DNA of 63,867 bases, counting the filler, from Lenisia limosa (taxonomy: Eukaryota; Protista; Breviatea): assembly GCA_001655205.1 (NCBI GenBank). It is 12 parts of 12 records of this genome, joined end to end, with 100 filler letters (N's around TTAATTAATTAA, not from the genome) between each part and the next. Parts side by side here need not be neighbours in the genome. Positions count along the whole stretch, not along the records: positions 9,840 to 27,056 come from LPNZ01002598.1; positions 27,157 to 28,805 come from LPNZ01001092.1; positions 28,906 to 33,215 come from LPNZ01008168.1; positions 33,316 to 35,960 come from LPNZ01003673.1; positions 36,061 to 38,651 come from LPNZ01008493.1; positions 38,752 to 41,418 come from LPNZ01002691.1; 6 more parts are not named here. The stretch is one strand, 5' to 3'. The first letter of the stretch is position 1. Every line of letters begins with the position of its first letter. A program made the position numbers and the translations under genes. Below, in pieces: positions 26,401-38,899 of this stretch. The notes beneath the pieces are model-generated. The model had not been told where the DNA came from and searched no databases. It was given only the letters and a program-made list of their open reading frames with translations.

Positions 26401-26899
26401 AATCAAAAGCCAACTTTGGTTGATTCGTACAATTTTGAAAAAACAAATGGTTATAATAATATATTAATGATATCTATTATATAACCATAATATATGATAT
26501 GTATATATATGAGACATAGTATACAGTATTATCTTGCCTTTTAATTATTCCGTAGTCCCCCAGATCAGCATTAAAGATCTGGTGTTTGCTCTGAGGTCGT
26601 ACCGCGAAGGCATGGTTCAAACACCGGTACGGGGTGGTTTCCTTATGTAATTCGGACGTTTTCTGCAAATCCACCCCACTTTTTTCTCTAGCCTTTCATT
26701 GATAAATATAATATGCATAATTGTCTATGATTATAATATGATATGTATCGATTACGTGTTAGATATATCTTATAAACATGTTGACGTGCATTCATTTCTA
26801 CAAATCTCTTCCTTCGGCATTTTCCTCATCACCAAGGCCCAAATCAATCTCATTGTGGAAGTTGCCGCTCATTTGGCTCGGAAATTCAGCCTCCAGTAG
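23440..26899 (+). CDS. Classical protein tyrosine phosphatase; 5' exons (possibly from ~22393) uncertain
   Basis: Exons encode [54 protein letters not shown] and [12 protein letters not shown]|AQ, covering the classical PTP motifs in order. Confidence 0.9.
24185..24276. mobile_element. MITE-A copy in a PTP intron
   Basis: TSD GATGTACC / GATGGACC (7/8). Confidence 0.9.
24348..24441. mobile_element. MITE-A copy in a PTP intron, opposite orientation to its neighbour
   Basis: TSD CTCCTATA / CTCCGATA (7/8). Confidence 0.9.
24792..24891. mobile_element. MITE-A copy in a PTP intron
   Basis: Perfect TSD AGTAGAAA on both sides. Confidence 0.95.
25274..25357 (+). repeat. Family G repeat ending TTTCCTTCGTTTTACTCCCCCC at a splice acceptor
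   Basis: About 75 bp shared with 32804-32876. The terminal motif also occurs at 4027-4046(-), 28576-28600(-) and 7646-7675. Confidence 0.8.
25452..25550. mobile_element. MITE-A copy in a PTP intron
   Basis: TSD GCGATGAG / GTGATGAG (7/8); the flanks create GTAGGG and CCCTAG. Confidence 0.95.
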
Positions 26900-27383
26900 C
26901 CTCCCCGCTCTCTAGGATTTTATGTTTCTCTTTCTCTGTCACATGTTTATTGATACATTGCTGTACTATTAGTTTGGTTGCCCAGGATATAATGGGGGTG
27001 ATTAATGAGCAACAGACTAAGCCCAATAGTCTCGTGAAATGCGGAGAGAACTACCTNNNNNNNNNNNNNNNNNNNNNNNNNNNNNNNNNNNNNNNNNNNN
27101 TTAATTAATTAANNNNNNNNNNNNNNNNNNNNNNNNNNNNNNNNNNNNNNNNNNNNCCCCCCCCCCCCGCCACACAGCCCCTTTATCACCCCACAAAACA
27201 TCACTCCACAGCCCCTCCCCACAAAGCAGAGGCAAAGCCCCCATCAATGCCTTGTCGCACGCCTCCAGCCAGCTCCTTCAGCTCCCGCTTCTGACAGGTG
27301 AGAGGGTGGTGACAGGGGGGCCACAGATCTGCGGCCCTTTGGGGGAGGGGGGGGAACGTTTTCTGTTGGGTTTCTTTGTGTAT

Positions 27384-27550
27384 AGTTCAACAGCCGGATC
27401 TCTATGATCCTAGTTTCAATATATATATGCATATTATATATATATGTAGATTTTACTATATGATCCTAGTTTCACTACTCTTTGTGATCCTAGTTTCAAT
27501 AGAGACTTTTTTCTGTATGATCCTAGTTTCAATAGAGACTTTACTGCAAA
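27384..27550 (+). repeat. Family F repeat (TGATCCTAGTTTCAATAGAGACT), 4 local copies
   Basis: Also present in reverse orientation at 48391-48443 in a CFAP298 intron. Confidence 0.75.
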
Positions 27551-27838
27551 AAAGGAAATGGGATGATGTTAAGGCTTCCGACAAACAAGGGACTCTTTGG
27601 AAAAATAAGTTCACAAATTGCACCAACATTCTTTCATTCCACAGGCTGAAGACCCATGCGGACATTATAGCCAAGTTCGGTGTGTTCGGCGCTTCAGCTT
27701 CCGGCAAGGTGTACACCCCAGGAAACTTAAAACAGTGGAGATTTTGATTTGACTTCTTGGGCCCCGCTGCTTCTCTGATTTTCTTTTGTACTATAAATAT
27801 ACACTCTTCACCATCTCAACAAGTGGTATTATTGTTTC

Positions 27839-27996
27839 TTCGATTCCTGGTTTGGCGCATTGACTTGAATTTCGATTCCTGGTTTGGCGCATTGACTTGA
27901 GCTTCGATTCCTGGTTTGGCGCATTGACTTGAGCTTCGATTCCTGGATTGGCGCATTGGCTTGAGCTTCGATTCCTAGTTTGGTGCATTGACTTGG
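27839..27996. repeat. Minisatellite, 32-bp unit x ~5
   Basis: TTCGATTCCTGGTTTGGCGCATTGACTTGAGC in tandem, no spacers. Confidence 0.9.
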
Positions 27997-28254
27997 GATT
28001 CTGATGAACACCACGGCGCATTGCGTTGGGATTCTTAGAAAGTTGGGATTCCCATTATTTACATTTAACCCATGAATTATATGCATATCTGAAATTTACG
28101 GGAGAGTGGAGATATGTGTGTGAATATAGATTATTTCTGGCAGAAGTCCATAATTACTAACATTAAAAAAACAAAAAAAAAATAGATAACTCAATCATCA
28201 CGTTTATGGTTTATAAGAGATAAATCTAACAGCTGCATCAAGCCAAACCCCACA

Positions 28255-28577
28255 CTACTCGTCGAAAGATGGCAAGAGGTTCATGTGGTGCAGCAACAGG
28301 GAGTCAACTTTGGTGTGGTAAGACTTAATAGCCTCGTGGTGGTCGTCTGCTGCTGCTCGCACGGCCCTCACCATTTTGACAAATACCTGGGGGGGGGGGA
28401 CAGTAATAAGAGAAGGAAAAAGAGGAGGAAGAAGAAGAGAAAGAGAAAGAGGAAGAGGAAGAAGAAGAAGAAGAGCAAACCTCCTGACACTCAGCCGACT
28501 TGAAAGCCGAGACCTGTGTGACCTCACAGGACAGGGACTGCGCACAATCATGGATGTCTGACTCTATAACTACTTTC
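28255..28577 (-). CDS. 3' end of a hypothetical protein (two exons)
   Basis: CCCCCAG-preceded terminal exon VFVKMVRAVRAAADDHHEAIKSYHTKVDSLLLHHMNLLPSFDE* plus an upstream exon. No family recognised. Confidence 0.4.
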
Positions 28578-28635
28578 TAGGGAGTAAAACGAAGGAAATT
28601 GTCACTCCAGTGTGTCAATATTGTACATATCATAT

Positions 28636-28805
28636 ATTATAGCAATGAGAAATAAAAAAAATAAGGTTGTATCTGGTCAAAGCCGTCCACACCATCACGC
28701 TAATAAGAGATATTGGAATATAGTATCTGGCCGAAGCCGTCCACACCATTATAGTATCTGCCCATTGGATCACAGTATCTGGCCTAAGCCGTCCAAGAGA
28801 TATTG
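28636..28805 (+). repeat. Family D dispersed repeat (GCAATGAGAAATAAA..GGTTGTATCTGGCCGAAGCCGTCCAC..ATCACGCTAATAAGAGATATTGG)
   Basis: Copies at 548-612, 6798-6838 / 7077-7125, 37408-37468 and 40882-40935(-). The core is internally triplicated at this locus. Confidence 0.8.
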
Positions 28806-29669
28806 NNNNNNNNNNNNNNNNNNNNNNNNNNNNNNNNNNNNNNNNNNNNTTAATTAATTAANNNNNNNNNNNNNNNNNNNNNNNNNNNNNNNNNNNNNNN
28901 NNNNNACACGCAAAACAAACACCGATGCTTGTTTTTTTTTTGTTTTTTTTATAACAAAACAAGGCTTACAGCAGAACAAACACCTAAGAAATAAAAAGTG
29001 TACACAAAGCAAAAAAAAAAAAGCAAAACAACAACAATCATACCTTACTAGAAAATTAAAAAAATATAAACAAGGCAAAAGGCAAAACTCCCACTTTTAT
29101 GCTCAAAATAATAATATATACTTAAAAAAGGCCAATAAAGCAAAACATTCCCCGAGGCTGTAAAACAAAAAATGAAAGAAAACAAAAGGTAAACAAGGTT
29201 CACAAAACAAAAGAGCCGATCCTGCCCAATAATTAGAAAAAAATAAAAATAAACAAGGGCTAACGCCAAAACTTCCCTTTATATCTTCTAACCCGAAAAA
29301 AGTCGATAAATAAGGGCATTACAGCCAAAAAAATCCTTCTTCATGTTTACTAAAAAAAAAAGACTGTGAACATAGGTAAAAACCAAAACAATAACCTCAG
29401 TTCGCCTTACTGTGATAGGGTGAATAACGGCATAACGCCAAAACAATTGCCTAGACTCTTTTGAATGAATGAGTAACCCAAACAAAAACCTACAAAAAAA
29501 AAACAAAGCCTGCTGGCAAAACCACCTCCAGTGCCCTTATAAAAAGCGTTGTAAACAACACTGTGGATGACTTAGTATACCCAAAAAAATCAACCGAAAC
29601 CCCCAAAACAAGGATCAAATAATCAAAACAACCTCAAATTCGCGCTGGCAGGATGTGTTAGGAGAATAG

Positions 29670-32600
29670 ATGGCAGAGGAAAAAGACTTGGAGAATGCAA
29701 TACATAGTGTAGCTCACATAACAAGTGAGTAACCTCCGAAATTGGTGAGTCAAAGGCAAGAAGCGTACAATATGACACCACTTTCAATCCAGCTGTCCTT
29801 AACTCCCCTCTCCCCACCAGAGGGCTTCATTCAGTAACCACTCACATAGATAAGTGTAAAAACCCTCTTTTATTCTTTAAACAATGTTACTTATATATGA
29901 TCTAGGGATCTAATCTTGTTTTGTCCTCCAAAATTTTCCAAATCAACCAAACCTATTAATTTACACATATCTTAGTTTGTTTAGTAAATACTTAACATCA
30001 GTTTTATAAATAGATAATATTACAGTTTTCACTTAAATAAAGATGCGAAGGTAGTAGATCCCAAGCCAAGTTACTCCCATAATGCAAAGCAACAATGCTG
30101 CAGATGGGCAGCTACGTGGCATCGCTGCCCAGGTAAACCTTCATTATTTTTAGCATGTTGATATTTTTCAGGGAGTGGCGATTCTCGGTTGTCTTGGCGT
30201 CTGTCCGCTTGGATTTGACCAAACCCTTCAAGTAGCCTCGTCATTGAGCAGTCATCTCCACGGCAAAGGGTAAGGCTTTCTCTTTCAGTAGTCTTCTCAC
30301 TCACCTCTCTAGGCATACTCAGCACATTCCAATGGTATAATTGGAAAAGGGTGACAGAATTTGATTATTAGGATTCTACGTTGTTGAACTCCGTCTTACT
30401 AACCCAGGTTTCTTCTCCTCTCTCGCAGCCTTTTTCCCCGGTATCATCCCAAAAAGACCTCTCAGGAACGTTAGGTAAGCATGGTCGTCGTCGACACACT
30501 GGTTGTGGTTTTTCTTTCGACTCTTCTTGCCGATGCAACTGATCTCATTGCTCAATAAAGTCTTGTCTTTTGTTTTCCATTTTGTGTGGGGTTGTGTCTT
30601 CGCTCGCTGCTATTAAGATGAAAAAAGTATGACATTTCATTTTAACTATAACTTAATTTATTCTCAAATAAGGATTGTGAAATGTCGACATATGTTCAGT
30701 AACTTTATATTCTCTTGGTCCTGTAAACTGCCTAGTTGAATTCCATCCCCTTCTATTTTTAATCTGACTGGTCAAAAAATAAGAAGTTGCAACTTTTCCA
30801 AAGAACTGTAAATTGTCTGGATATATTCCGTCATTATATCATGTTTATTGATAATATGATCCAATCCACCAAACCATGTGCATGTTTGCTTTTTGAACTT
30901 CCATTTCATACCNNNNNNNNNNNNNNNNNNNNNNNNNNNNNNNNNNNNNNNNNNNNNNNNNNNNNNNNNNNNNNNNNNNNNNNNNNNNNNNNNNNNNNNN
31001 NNNNNNNNNNNNNNNNNNNNNNNNNNNNNNTCGAAACTGTCCATTAAACCAAACCTCATCATTCTATTTCAGTCAATAGGCAAACCGTTTAAATCGAATC
31101 GATCACATAAAACAGTCTGATTTTATGATCCATCTTATCTGTTCAACCCATCACCTGACTGATCCATTTTAATAAACAAGTGTCATTTTCTGATCAATAG
31201 ATCGCGTATCAGTGGCCGTGTTGGACCGGCGGATTGAGTCCACCAAGGANNNNNNNNNNNNNNNNNNNNNNNNNNNNNNNNNNNNNNNNNNNNNNNNNNN
31301 NNNNNNNNNNNNNNNNNNNNNNNNNNNNNNNNNNNNNNNNNNNNNNNNNNNNNNNNNNNNNNNNNNNNNNNNNNNNNNNNNNNNNNNNNNNNNNNNNNNN
31401 NNNNNAAAACACTCCATTCTTGAAATGATTTGACTATTACATATTTAATCATCATTGTTAATGGCTTTTGTTAATAATCATCTTGGGCTGTTGTTAATAA
31501 TCATCATTGTTTAGGCTTGTGGACGACATCAACTGCTGGCTTCAAGACGACGCGGCCCATGCGGCCAGTCCAAATGGTAGGGAGATTGTCAGGCAAATGG
31601 GGGTAGGGCTTCACTACGGTTCGAAGATTTATCGAGAAATTCTGTCTTTTTTCAAACCAAAGGGAAGCCCTAAGTCGGTGGATTGTCAGGCAAACGGTGT
31701 GGTCAGAAGAAAAAGCAGTGCACCCACACCTTATAACCCTATCTATCACACCGTCCCTCCTTCCTTTTATCTATCCAGAACACGCCACCCCATATAACCT
31801 CCCCCTCCCCAGGGAGCAACACGAGGGCGAACTTGTCGTCTCTGATTCAGATGAGCGAACGCATTCAAAAATGGCCCTGGCACCAGCTATGTGGACAGAA
31901 ACGTGAGGTTAATTCTTATGATGCTATCAGGACATAACATGTGGATATTCTGATGATGTTTAGACGGTTTATTTTTTGTTTTTGTATTTGGGNNNNNNNN
32001 NNNNNNNNNNNNNNNNNNNNNNNNNNNNNNNNNNNNNNNNNNNNNNNNNNNNNNNNNNNNNNNNNNNNNNNNNNNNNNNNNNNNNNNNNNNNNNNNNNNN
32101 NNNNNNGGGATACCAGTACATCTAATTATTTTGGAAATCTGAAGATACTTGTGGTGTTAGCTATTGCCACGTGGGAATCCCAAATCAATGTGCCGTGGTG
32201 TTTGGGAGGGGGTTGTTCTTTTTGACACAAACTCCTGCTCACTACATTGTTTTTCATTTTGCTACATATCATGTCTGAATGTGAGTGGCTCGGCTTTCTT
32301 CCTTCCTTTCTTCGCATTGTAACGGTCTAGACATTTTCGACCAATTGATCCATGAAGTCAAGCTGATGGCGGGAGTGTTGTCCGCAGAACTAGATTCACA
32401 AGGTTGGACGGTTGTGACTATCTTTGAAATAATATCTCTGTTGAAACTTGGATCATTGTGATCTGGAGTTTACTATTCAATGAAAGATACCCAAAACAGT
32501 AAACGACAGAATATGGAGCACTTCATGTGAATTGTGATATTTATTACTTCTAATCTCTGCTTGAGCGGTTCTGAAAAAACGAGTTTGCATTCAACAATTC

Positions 32601-33110
32601 CTGTTTGTGTGCTCAATTTTGTACTTCCCTGATCCAAAATGACAGGAAATGCTTTTTTTTGTGGTGGATCAATCCGGTCATTGTTCGGACCTAGTGAAGG
32701 CACAATTCAGCTTGTCAGTAAATATTAACCCCTACTCGCTCGCCTCAGCAATCTTCTTCATAATAACCCCTCCCCTGATTTGTTTTTGTTTGTTTGGAGT
32801 TTCAGATTATTCGGTTCGTAATTAGTACTTACGATATTATTCATCGAACTTTCCTTCGTTTTACTCCCCCCCCCTCCCTTGTGTGTCTCAAATGTTGAGG
32901 CAACAGATTCGATTCTGGCTTTTCTTTTTTTTTTTCAAATATTGTTTATTACCCCCTCGCCCCACTCAGATCGCTCAGATCGCTCCGGTCCCCCGGTACT
33001 TTCTGCCATATCCGAGGTGTTCAACCAGAGTAATGATAGCCTCAACAAATCCACGTCATCAATCGACATCGGAGGTACCCGGGGTAATACGGTGTATCCG
33101 GGGTGATATT
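29670..33110 (+). CDS. Hypothetical multi-exon protein
   Basis: A series of GC-richer segments bounded by AG/GT (e.g. GVAILGCLGVCPLGFDQTLQVASS, GFYVVELRLTNPGFFSS, DIFDQLIHEVKLMAGVLSAELD). Whether they form one gene is unverified. Confidence 0.35.
31606..31672. mobile_element. MITE-A copy, internally deleted
   Basis: TAGGGCTTCACTACGG...AAGGGAAGCCCTA; TSD 5/8. Confidence 0.8.
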
Positions 33111-33949
33111 GTAGGTAACAGATGTATATCTTTTTATTTTTATTCTCCCTTCACGTCCCGTACCGGGTGGATTAAGGGATTATGATGGTGATGGGCTGAT
33201 GAAGGGGTGAAAGAANNNNNNNNNNNNNNNNNNNNNNNNNNNNNNNNNNNNNNNNNNNNTTAATTAATTAANNNNNNNNNNNNNNNNNNNNNNNNNNNNN
33301 NNNNNNNNNNNNNNNCTCAGATGATCTCTGGGATCTATTATTGATGGCTTTGGTGGCATGAATGTATTAAGTGGTCTTTTGGTTCCTCACGGTTGTTGAA
33401 ATTCGCTTTAGCTTCTTCACAAATGTGTAAGATGATGGTATTTGATCAGGATTTGATGCGTATTCCTTAATATGATATTTATATCCTTAGATATGATTCA
33501 TCTAACGCTCAATCACAGCTTTTTAAGATAATCCAGATTTCCTTAACCCGGGGAGGTCTTGACCGATTTGCTTATGATATACAATATCCATACAGTGACC
33601 GATTTGCAATCTGATATATACATACAGTGACCGGTTACATATCATTTATTTATGGCATATGATATTATGCATATATGAGTAAACTTGTTTATATTTATAG
33701 TTAGCGTTTGCGGCGAGTGAAATTAGTTGATTAATTAGTCAATTGGGTGTTGCTATGACCTGGTTTGAATTATAATAATAGTTGCTCATTCAAAATCAAG
33801 AATCTGGTCAGCGTTGTTATGACATGGTAAACTGTATAGAAATGCAAATTCACTCCAGAATTTTCTGGATGGATCTCGCAAAAATGAAAAAAAAAAAAAC
33901 ACTCTCAGGTAAATAACTTGAATAAAACCAAAATCAAGTAAAAAAACAA

Positions 33950-34543
33950 CCAGAAGAGCAAGAAGAGTCAAGAAGAGTCCCAAAACAGTTCATCCCCCTC
34001 TCTTGACGTGTGGGACGCGTCTTTGGCCATTATGCCCTTCGACAACGGCTTGACGCCCAATATCTTCCATATTGTACGCGGGAAAACGACTCTTCTTCTC
34101 TTCCTTCGGGATCTATCTCCACGTTCATACACCTCATCATCGTGTTGCGCCCTTCCTTTCGCTTTATCGCGCTCTCGTTTCCATATACATACATGGACGT
34201 TGTATTATCGCAGTCTCGTTTCCATTACAAACATGGACGTTGTATTATCGCAGGTCTCGTTTCCATATACATGCATGGACGTGGTATTATCGCAGTCTCG
34301 TTTCCATATGGACGTGGTATTATCGCAGTCTCGTTTCCATATACATACATGGACGTTGTATTATCGCACTCTCGTTTCCATATATACATATATTGACGTT
34401 ATATTACCGCAGTCTCGTTTTCATATACATACATGGACGTTATATTATCGTTAGATGATAATGACAGAATCCAAAATAGAGTTCGGAGGAATAGTATTTT
34501 ATTATTTTTGTTTCATTATTTATTAGCTCGGATGTAGTATCGG

Positions 34544-34574
<31 letters not shown>

Positions 34575-35626
34575 ATGTATGTATGTGTGTGCGTGTGTGT
34601 ATGTATGTGTGTGTGTATGTGTGTGTGTATGTATGTGTGTGTATGTATGTGTGTGTGTTTAGGTGTAACATAATATTTAACTTTTTTCGTAATGTTGAAC
34701 ATTTTTCATAGAGTAAAACGTTATTCGTATTATATGATATAAAAACCTTTTTCGAAATATCTAAGTTTATTCGAAATATACAACTTCAGTCTTAACAACC
34801 AACTCTATCTTAATGACCTACTTATTCACAATAAGTTTTCAATTCGTATCATGTAACTTTTGTCATGAAACCGTTTTTAATCCTTTATTTCAATTAAAAA
34901 TCCGGTATTTTTTTATTAAACCTAGGGAGTCCTCGGACACAATGCCCGGAAGTTTGCACTTCGCTGTGTGCAGTCTTGCACAATCTCACAAATTGATCTC
35001 AATGATCTCATTCGTGGTGAGGGGGCGTCACTAACAGTGTAAGGTTTTTCTTTGATTTGATGTAGATTTAATCTCTTTTTGCCTATCGTTTTGGGCTCGG
35101 TTAAGTTTATGTATTGAATTCATATTATTTGGTTCAAGGCCCTTCCCTCAATTAACTATTTACCCCCCCCCCCCCNNNNNNNNNNNNNNNNNNNNNNNNN
35201 NNNNNNNNNNNNNNNNNNNNNNNNNNNNNNNNNNNNNNNNNTTGGAGTGACCGGTGCTGAGAAGCGGCTGGCCTGGGCTTTGTTTGTTGGAGTGACGGGA
35301 TGCAGTGCTGCAGAAGCGACTAGTCTGGGCTTTGTTTGTTTTGTTGCTTTCAACCCTCGTGTGTTGCTAGCCAACAGGGGTTTTTTGTTTCGTAAATTTC
35401 CAATTTTTCACTGACTCTAACCCCCCCTATCTGATGATATTCCAGGATGATTGACCTTAATATCTCCCTCACTCCATTAACTCTTTCAACAATCTTCCCC
35501 CCCTCGTTCTGTTAATATCCCTAGCCGAAACCATCTTCCAGGACGTGACAATTGACGGGACGACAGTGTCTGTGGAACTGCTCTCTCCGCCGCCGGTGGC
35601 CGAATCCATGTCCGCGTGCGACCTGG
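33950..35626 (+). CDS. Hypothetical protein fragment; one exon resembles a small-GTPase beta-strand segment
   Basis: Exon ~35524-35626 reads AETIFQDVTIDGTTVSVELL..MSACDLD followed by a GTGGGG donor. Other exons are weak. Confidence 0.25.
34165..34452. repeat. Minisatellite, ~41-bp unit x ~7
   Basis: TCCATATACATACATGGACGTTGTATTATCGCAGTCTCGTT units with indel variants. Confidence 0.9.
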
Positions 35627-36174
35627 ATGTGGGGGTTTTTGGGCTTCACTTCGGTTCGAAAAAGACTGGAAAATATCGATAGTTTTCGAGGTTTTATCAA
35701 AAAAATTCAGTATTTTTTCGAACCGATGTGTATACTATATTATGTTGACCCATATCGTCATGTGATATGATGATATGACCGTCTTTCAAGTCGAAATGGT
35801 GAATGAAGATATCACGAGGGTTTATCGCGAGTGTATCAGTGTATCGTTGAGACTTGTCGGTCAATTATCATAGGAGGCATCATATCACTGAGTGGAAAAT
35901 GAAGTTCACACGTGTGGAAATGATCCAAAAAGTTATATGATAAGGTACATGTGGGGGAGANNNNNNNNNNNNNNNNNNNNNNNNNNNNNNNNNNNNNNNN
36001 NNNNTTAATTAATTAANNNNNNNNNNNNNNNNNNNNNNNNNNNNNNNNNNNNNNNNNNNNGAAAGGGCTACAAGGGTGGGTAGCAAGTACTTAAGAGATA
36101 CAATGACATCCACAATCATATTATATGAAACTATGATATCTGGGGAGAAAATTCCGAGAAAAAGATAGAGTTCA

Positions 36175-38640
36175 TCACTCGATGGAAAGACGTGATGGAG
36201 AACCCACGACGTTAACAGCGTCTTTCTGATGTGCTGGTGTACCAGTAACCCTGTTAATTGTCAGGCGAAATGGATAAGGCAATGCACGAAAACACAGCTT
36301 TCACCTTCAAAGATGACAATAAAGCTCCCATTGCCAGCCCACCTGAGGGAGCTGACTTCGGGAACACTTTCATTGTTGAGAACAAAAGCGATTGCATTGC
36401 TGTGTTGTAAGGTTGAGAACAAAAGCGATTGCATTGCTGTGTTGTAAGGTATATATCGTATACATTTGGAAAAAGGTATGGAGAATGCCATGATTAGATC
36501 TATCCAACCGAAAAAAGAGACAGACAACCAAAGCTGGAATAATCCTCATCACGAGCATCATCAAGTGTGAACAACAGAAGAATGTGTTGCAGCTAGGGCT
36601 CAGCTAGTTAGGGGCTAGGGTTGGGCGGGGCAATGCTGCGACGGGGGAGGTAGTGGTCGAGTGGGGGGCCCAAAAAGAGGACTGCCCCAAGTTGGTGCCG
36701 TGCCGCGACTTCCTTTGGTTGCTGTTTTTGCCTGGTATTGGTATATCACTATATTAATATTATTGGTATATTATTGGAAAAATACAATTATAATAAATAT
36801 TCATATTAATTCGATTATAATGGCTTTATCCGCCTTGGGCTTCATGGCTTCTTCACACTAGGGTTGGGGGAGGGTAACCAAGCCGGAAAACTTGGTAACG
36901 TCATGCGATGATATCCTCAGGTCCGTGGGCAGTGGAGCTTGGGTTATTTTTATTTAAATCAAAGCTGGTCAAGATATGGCCAATACCAACATATTAACAC
37001 TATCGATAAAGCTATATTTCACATAGATTATAAACACAAGAAAGAAAACAACAAATAACCTAATACCCAAGGCGGCTAATAACACTACAACAGCGACTCA
37101 CTCTCTCTTTTCATTGACATGTTCAGCTCCTTTAATCTGAGGTTGTCATATGGTGAACGGTCGGACATTATGTTGGCAAAGTACCATTGTCTTGGCCTTT
37201 GCCCCCCCCCCCTTCACCTCCATTGTATTGATAAAGCATGTCGGTCAAGGAGCGAGGCTACGTACGCTGCTGATTCACATGTACCTTTATTGGAATAAGT
37301 AATCTTGGAAGAATTCCGTCAGTCTCCTTAAGAGATTGATGGATTTGACAAGGATTCTCTCATATCAATAAGGATGACAACTTATTTTTCTTACCTCTAC
37401 ACCAATGGGAAATAAAAATAGGTTGTATCTGGACGAAGTACCCCCATCACGCTTATAAGAGATATTGGCTCCAAGATGGCACATACCTCGGAACAACACA
37501 CCGGCGTCGCACTGCTCTAGTGACTTGAGGCCGGATTTCTCAAAGCTTTTGAGTTTTTTGCTTGGAGACGGCACAGATATTTGCGAGTCTAGGGGGAAGG
37601 GGACGAACGTTTGTCCAGTAAGCTGGATGATGAGATGATGTTGAAGTGGTTTTGAGGAGTGCAGGTATTGGACTAGATCAATACACATCGTGTTTATTTA
37701 TATCATAAATATCATAATTAGTTAGGTAAAAATATACACTTCAAGAAATGAGAAAATATGAGGGGGTATACTTGCCACTCCCTTACATGGAATTCGATTA
37801 CGTCATTATAATTGACCCAAGATCGCAAGGAACAAGCACTTGGTAGCAGCGTAAATTGGACAGCAGTATTTGGGAACTGAAACGTCAGATGGGGTGTTTG
37901 AACCGTTCAAACATACACTCAGTATTCCATCCCCACTTCTTTTGATGACAGAATCACAGCCTCATTATTGACATCTAAGATAAGGGGTGCGTGGTCTTGA
38001 GATTTACCTTGGGGGGGGGGGGGGGNNNNNNNNNNNNNNNNNNNNNNNNNNNNNNNNNNNNNNNNNNNNNNNNNNNNNNNNNNNNNNNNNNNNNNNNNNN
38101 NNNNNNNNNNNNNNNNNNNNNNNNNNNNNNNNNNNNNNNNNAAAAAAATAACAAACAATAACAAACACGAAAAACCAACTGACAAAACACAAAAACAGAA
38201 ACAAGGGTAAAAGCAGGAAATTGGGACGGAGTAGATGTAAATTAACCATAATATTGAACCAATAATCCATAATAAAGGAAGCAAAATGGGGTGATTTTGC
38301 AGACCTGGTGGTACCATAAAAAGATTGTTGAGGGATTGGCGAGGGATAGTAATCTAAAGGTGTGAGTGTGTGGGAGGGGGATAAAATTAGAAAATTTATG
38401 AAACAAAAAAGTCTAAATTAACTCTGTTGGCTGACAACACACGAGGGTTGAGAACAACAACAGAAAAATAAAAAAAAGGCTGTCTCAAGATAAATCTTAG
38501 ATTAATCCAACATCGTGGGTGACATTGGATGCTGATACTGTACAGTAGAGATTGCTTACTTGGGTTTTGAAAGAGGCGTAGAATGGGGACCGGCGACAGA
38601 TAGAGAGGAACAAATGGAACAGAATCGATGTGCTCATACT
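36175..38640 (-). CDS. Hypothetical multi-exon protein fragment
   Basis: Minus-strand exons with C-run acceptors, e.g. GKSQDHAPLILDVNNEAVILSSKE, VQYLHSSKPLQHHLIIQLTGQTFVPFPLD and SNAIAFVLNNESVPEVSSLR. Confidence 0.35.
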
Positions 38641-38751
38641 AGAGAGCGACGNNNNNNNNNNNNNNNNNNNNNNNNNNNNNNNNNNNNNNNNNNNNTTAAT
38701 TAATTAANNNNNNNNNNNNNNNNNNNNNNNNNNNNNNNNNNNNNNNNNNNN

Positions 38752-38899
38752 AATGTGAGAGGGGTATAGCAATCCTTCCGGCTGAGAAGTACTCCAATGT
38801 GAGAGGGGTATAACAATCCTTCCGGCTGAGAAGTACTCCAATGTGAGAGGGGTATAGCAATCCTTCCGGCTGAGAAGTACTCCAATGTGAGAGGGGTAT
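38752..38899. repeat. Tandem repeat, 44-bp unit x 3.4
   Basis: AATGTGAGAGGGGTATAGCAATCCTTCCGGCTGAGAAGTACTCC. Confidence 0.9.

Noticed and set aside
26353-26410. Apparent PTP exon GRTVDIFRI
   Set aside because: It runs into a TGA and overlaps MITE-A-like sequence. The canonical motif is supplied by the [21 protein letters not shown] exon; the exact linker exon is unresolved.
27839-27996. 32-bp repeats as a CRISPR array (also 34165 and 38752)
   Set aside because: Units are directly adjacent with no unique spacers, there are no cas genes, and the context is eukaryotic.
34008-34458. Three overlapping 128-148-aa ORFs
   Set aside because: They are stop-poor by-products of the ~41-bp minisatellite.
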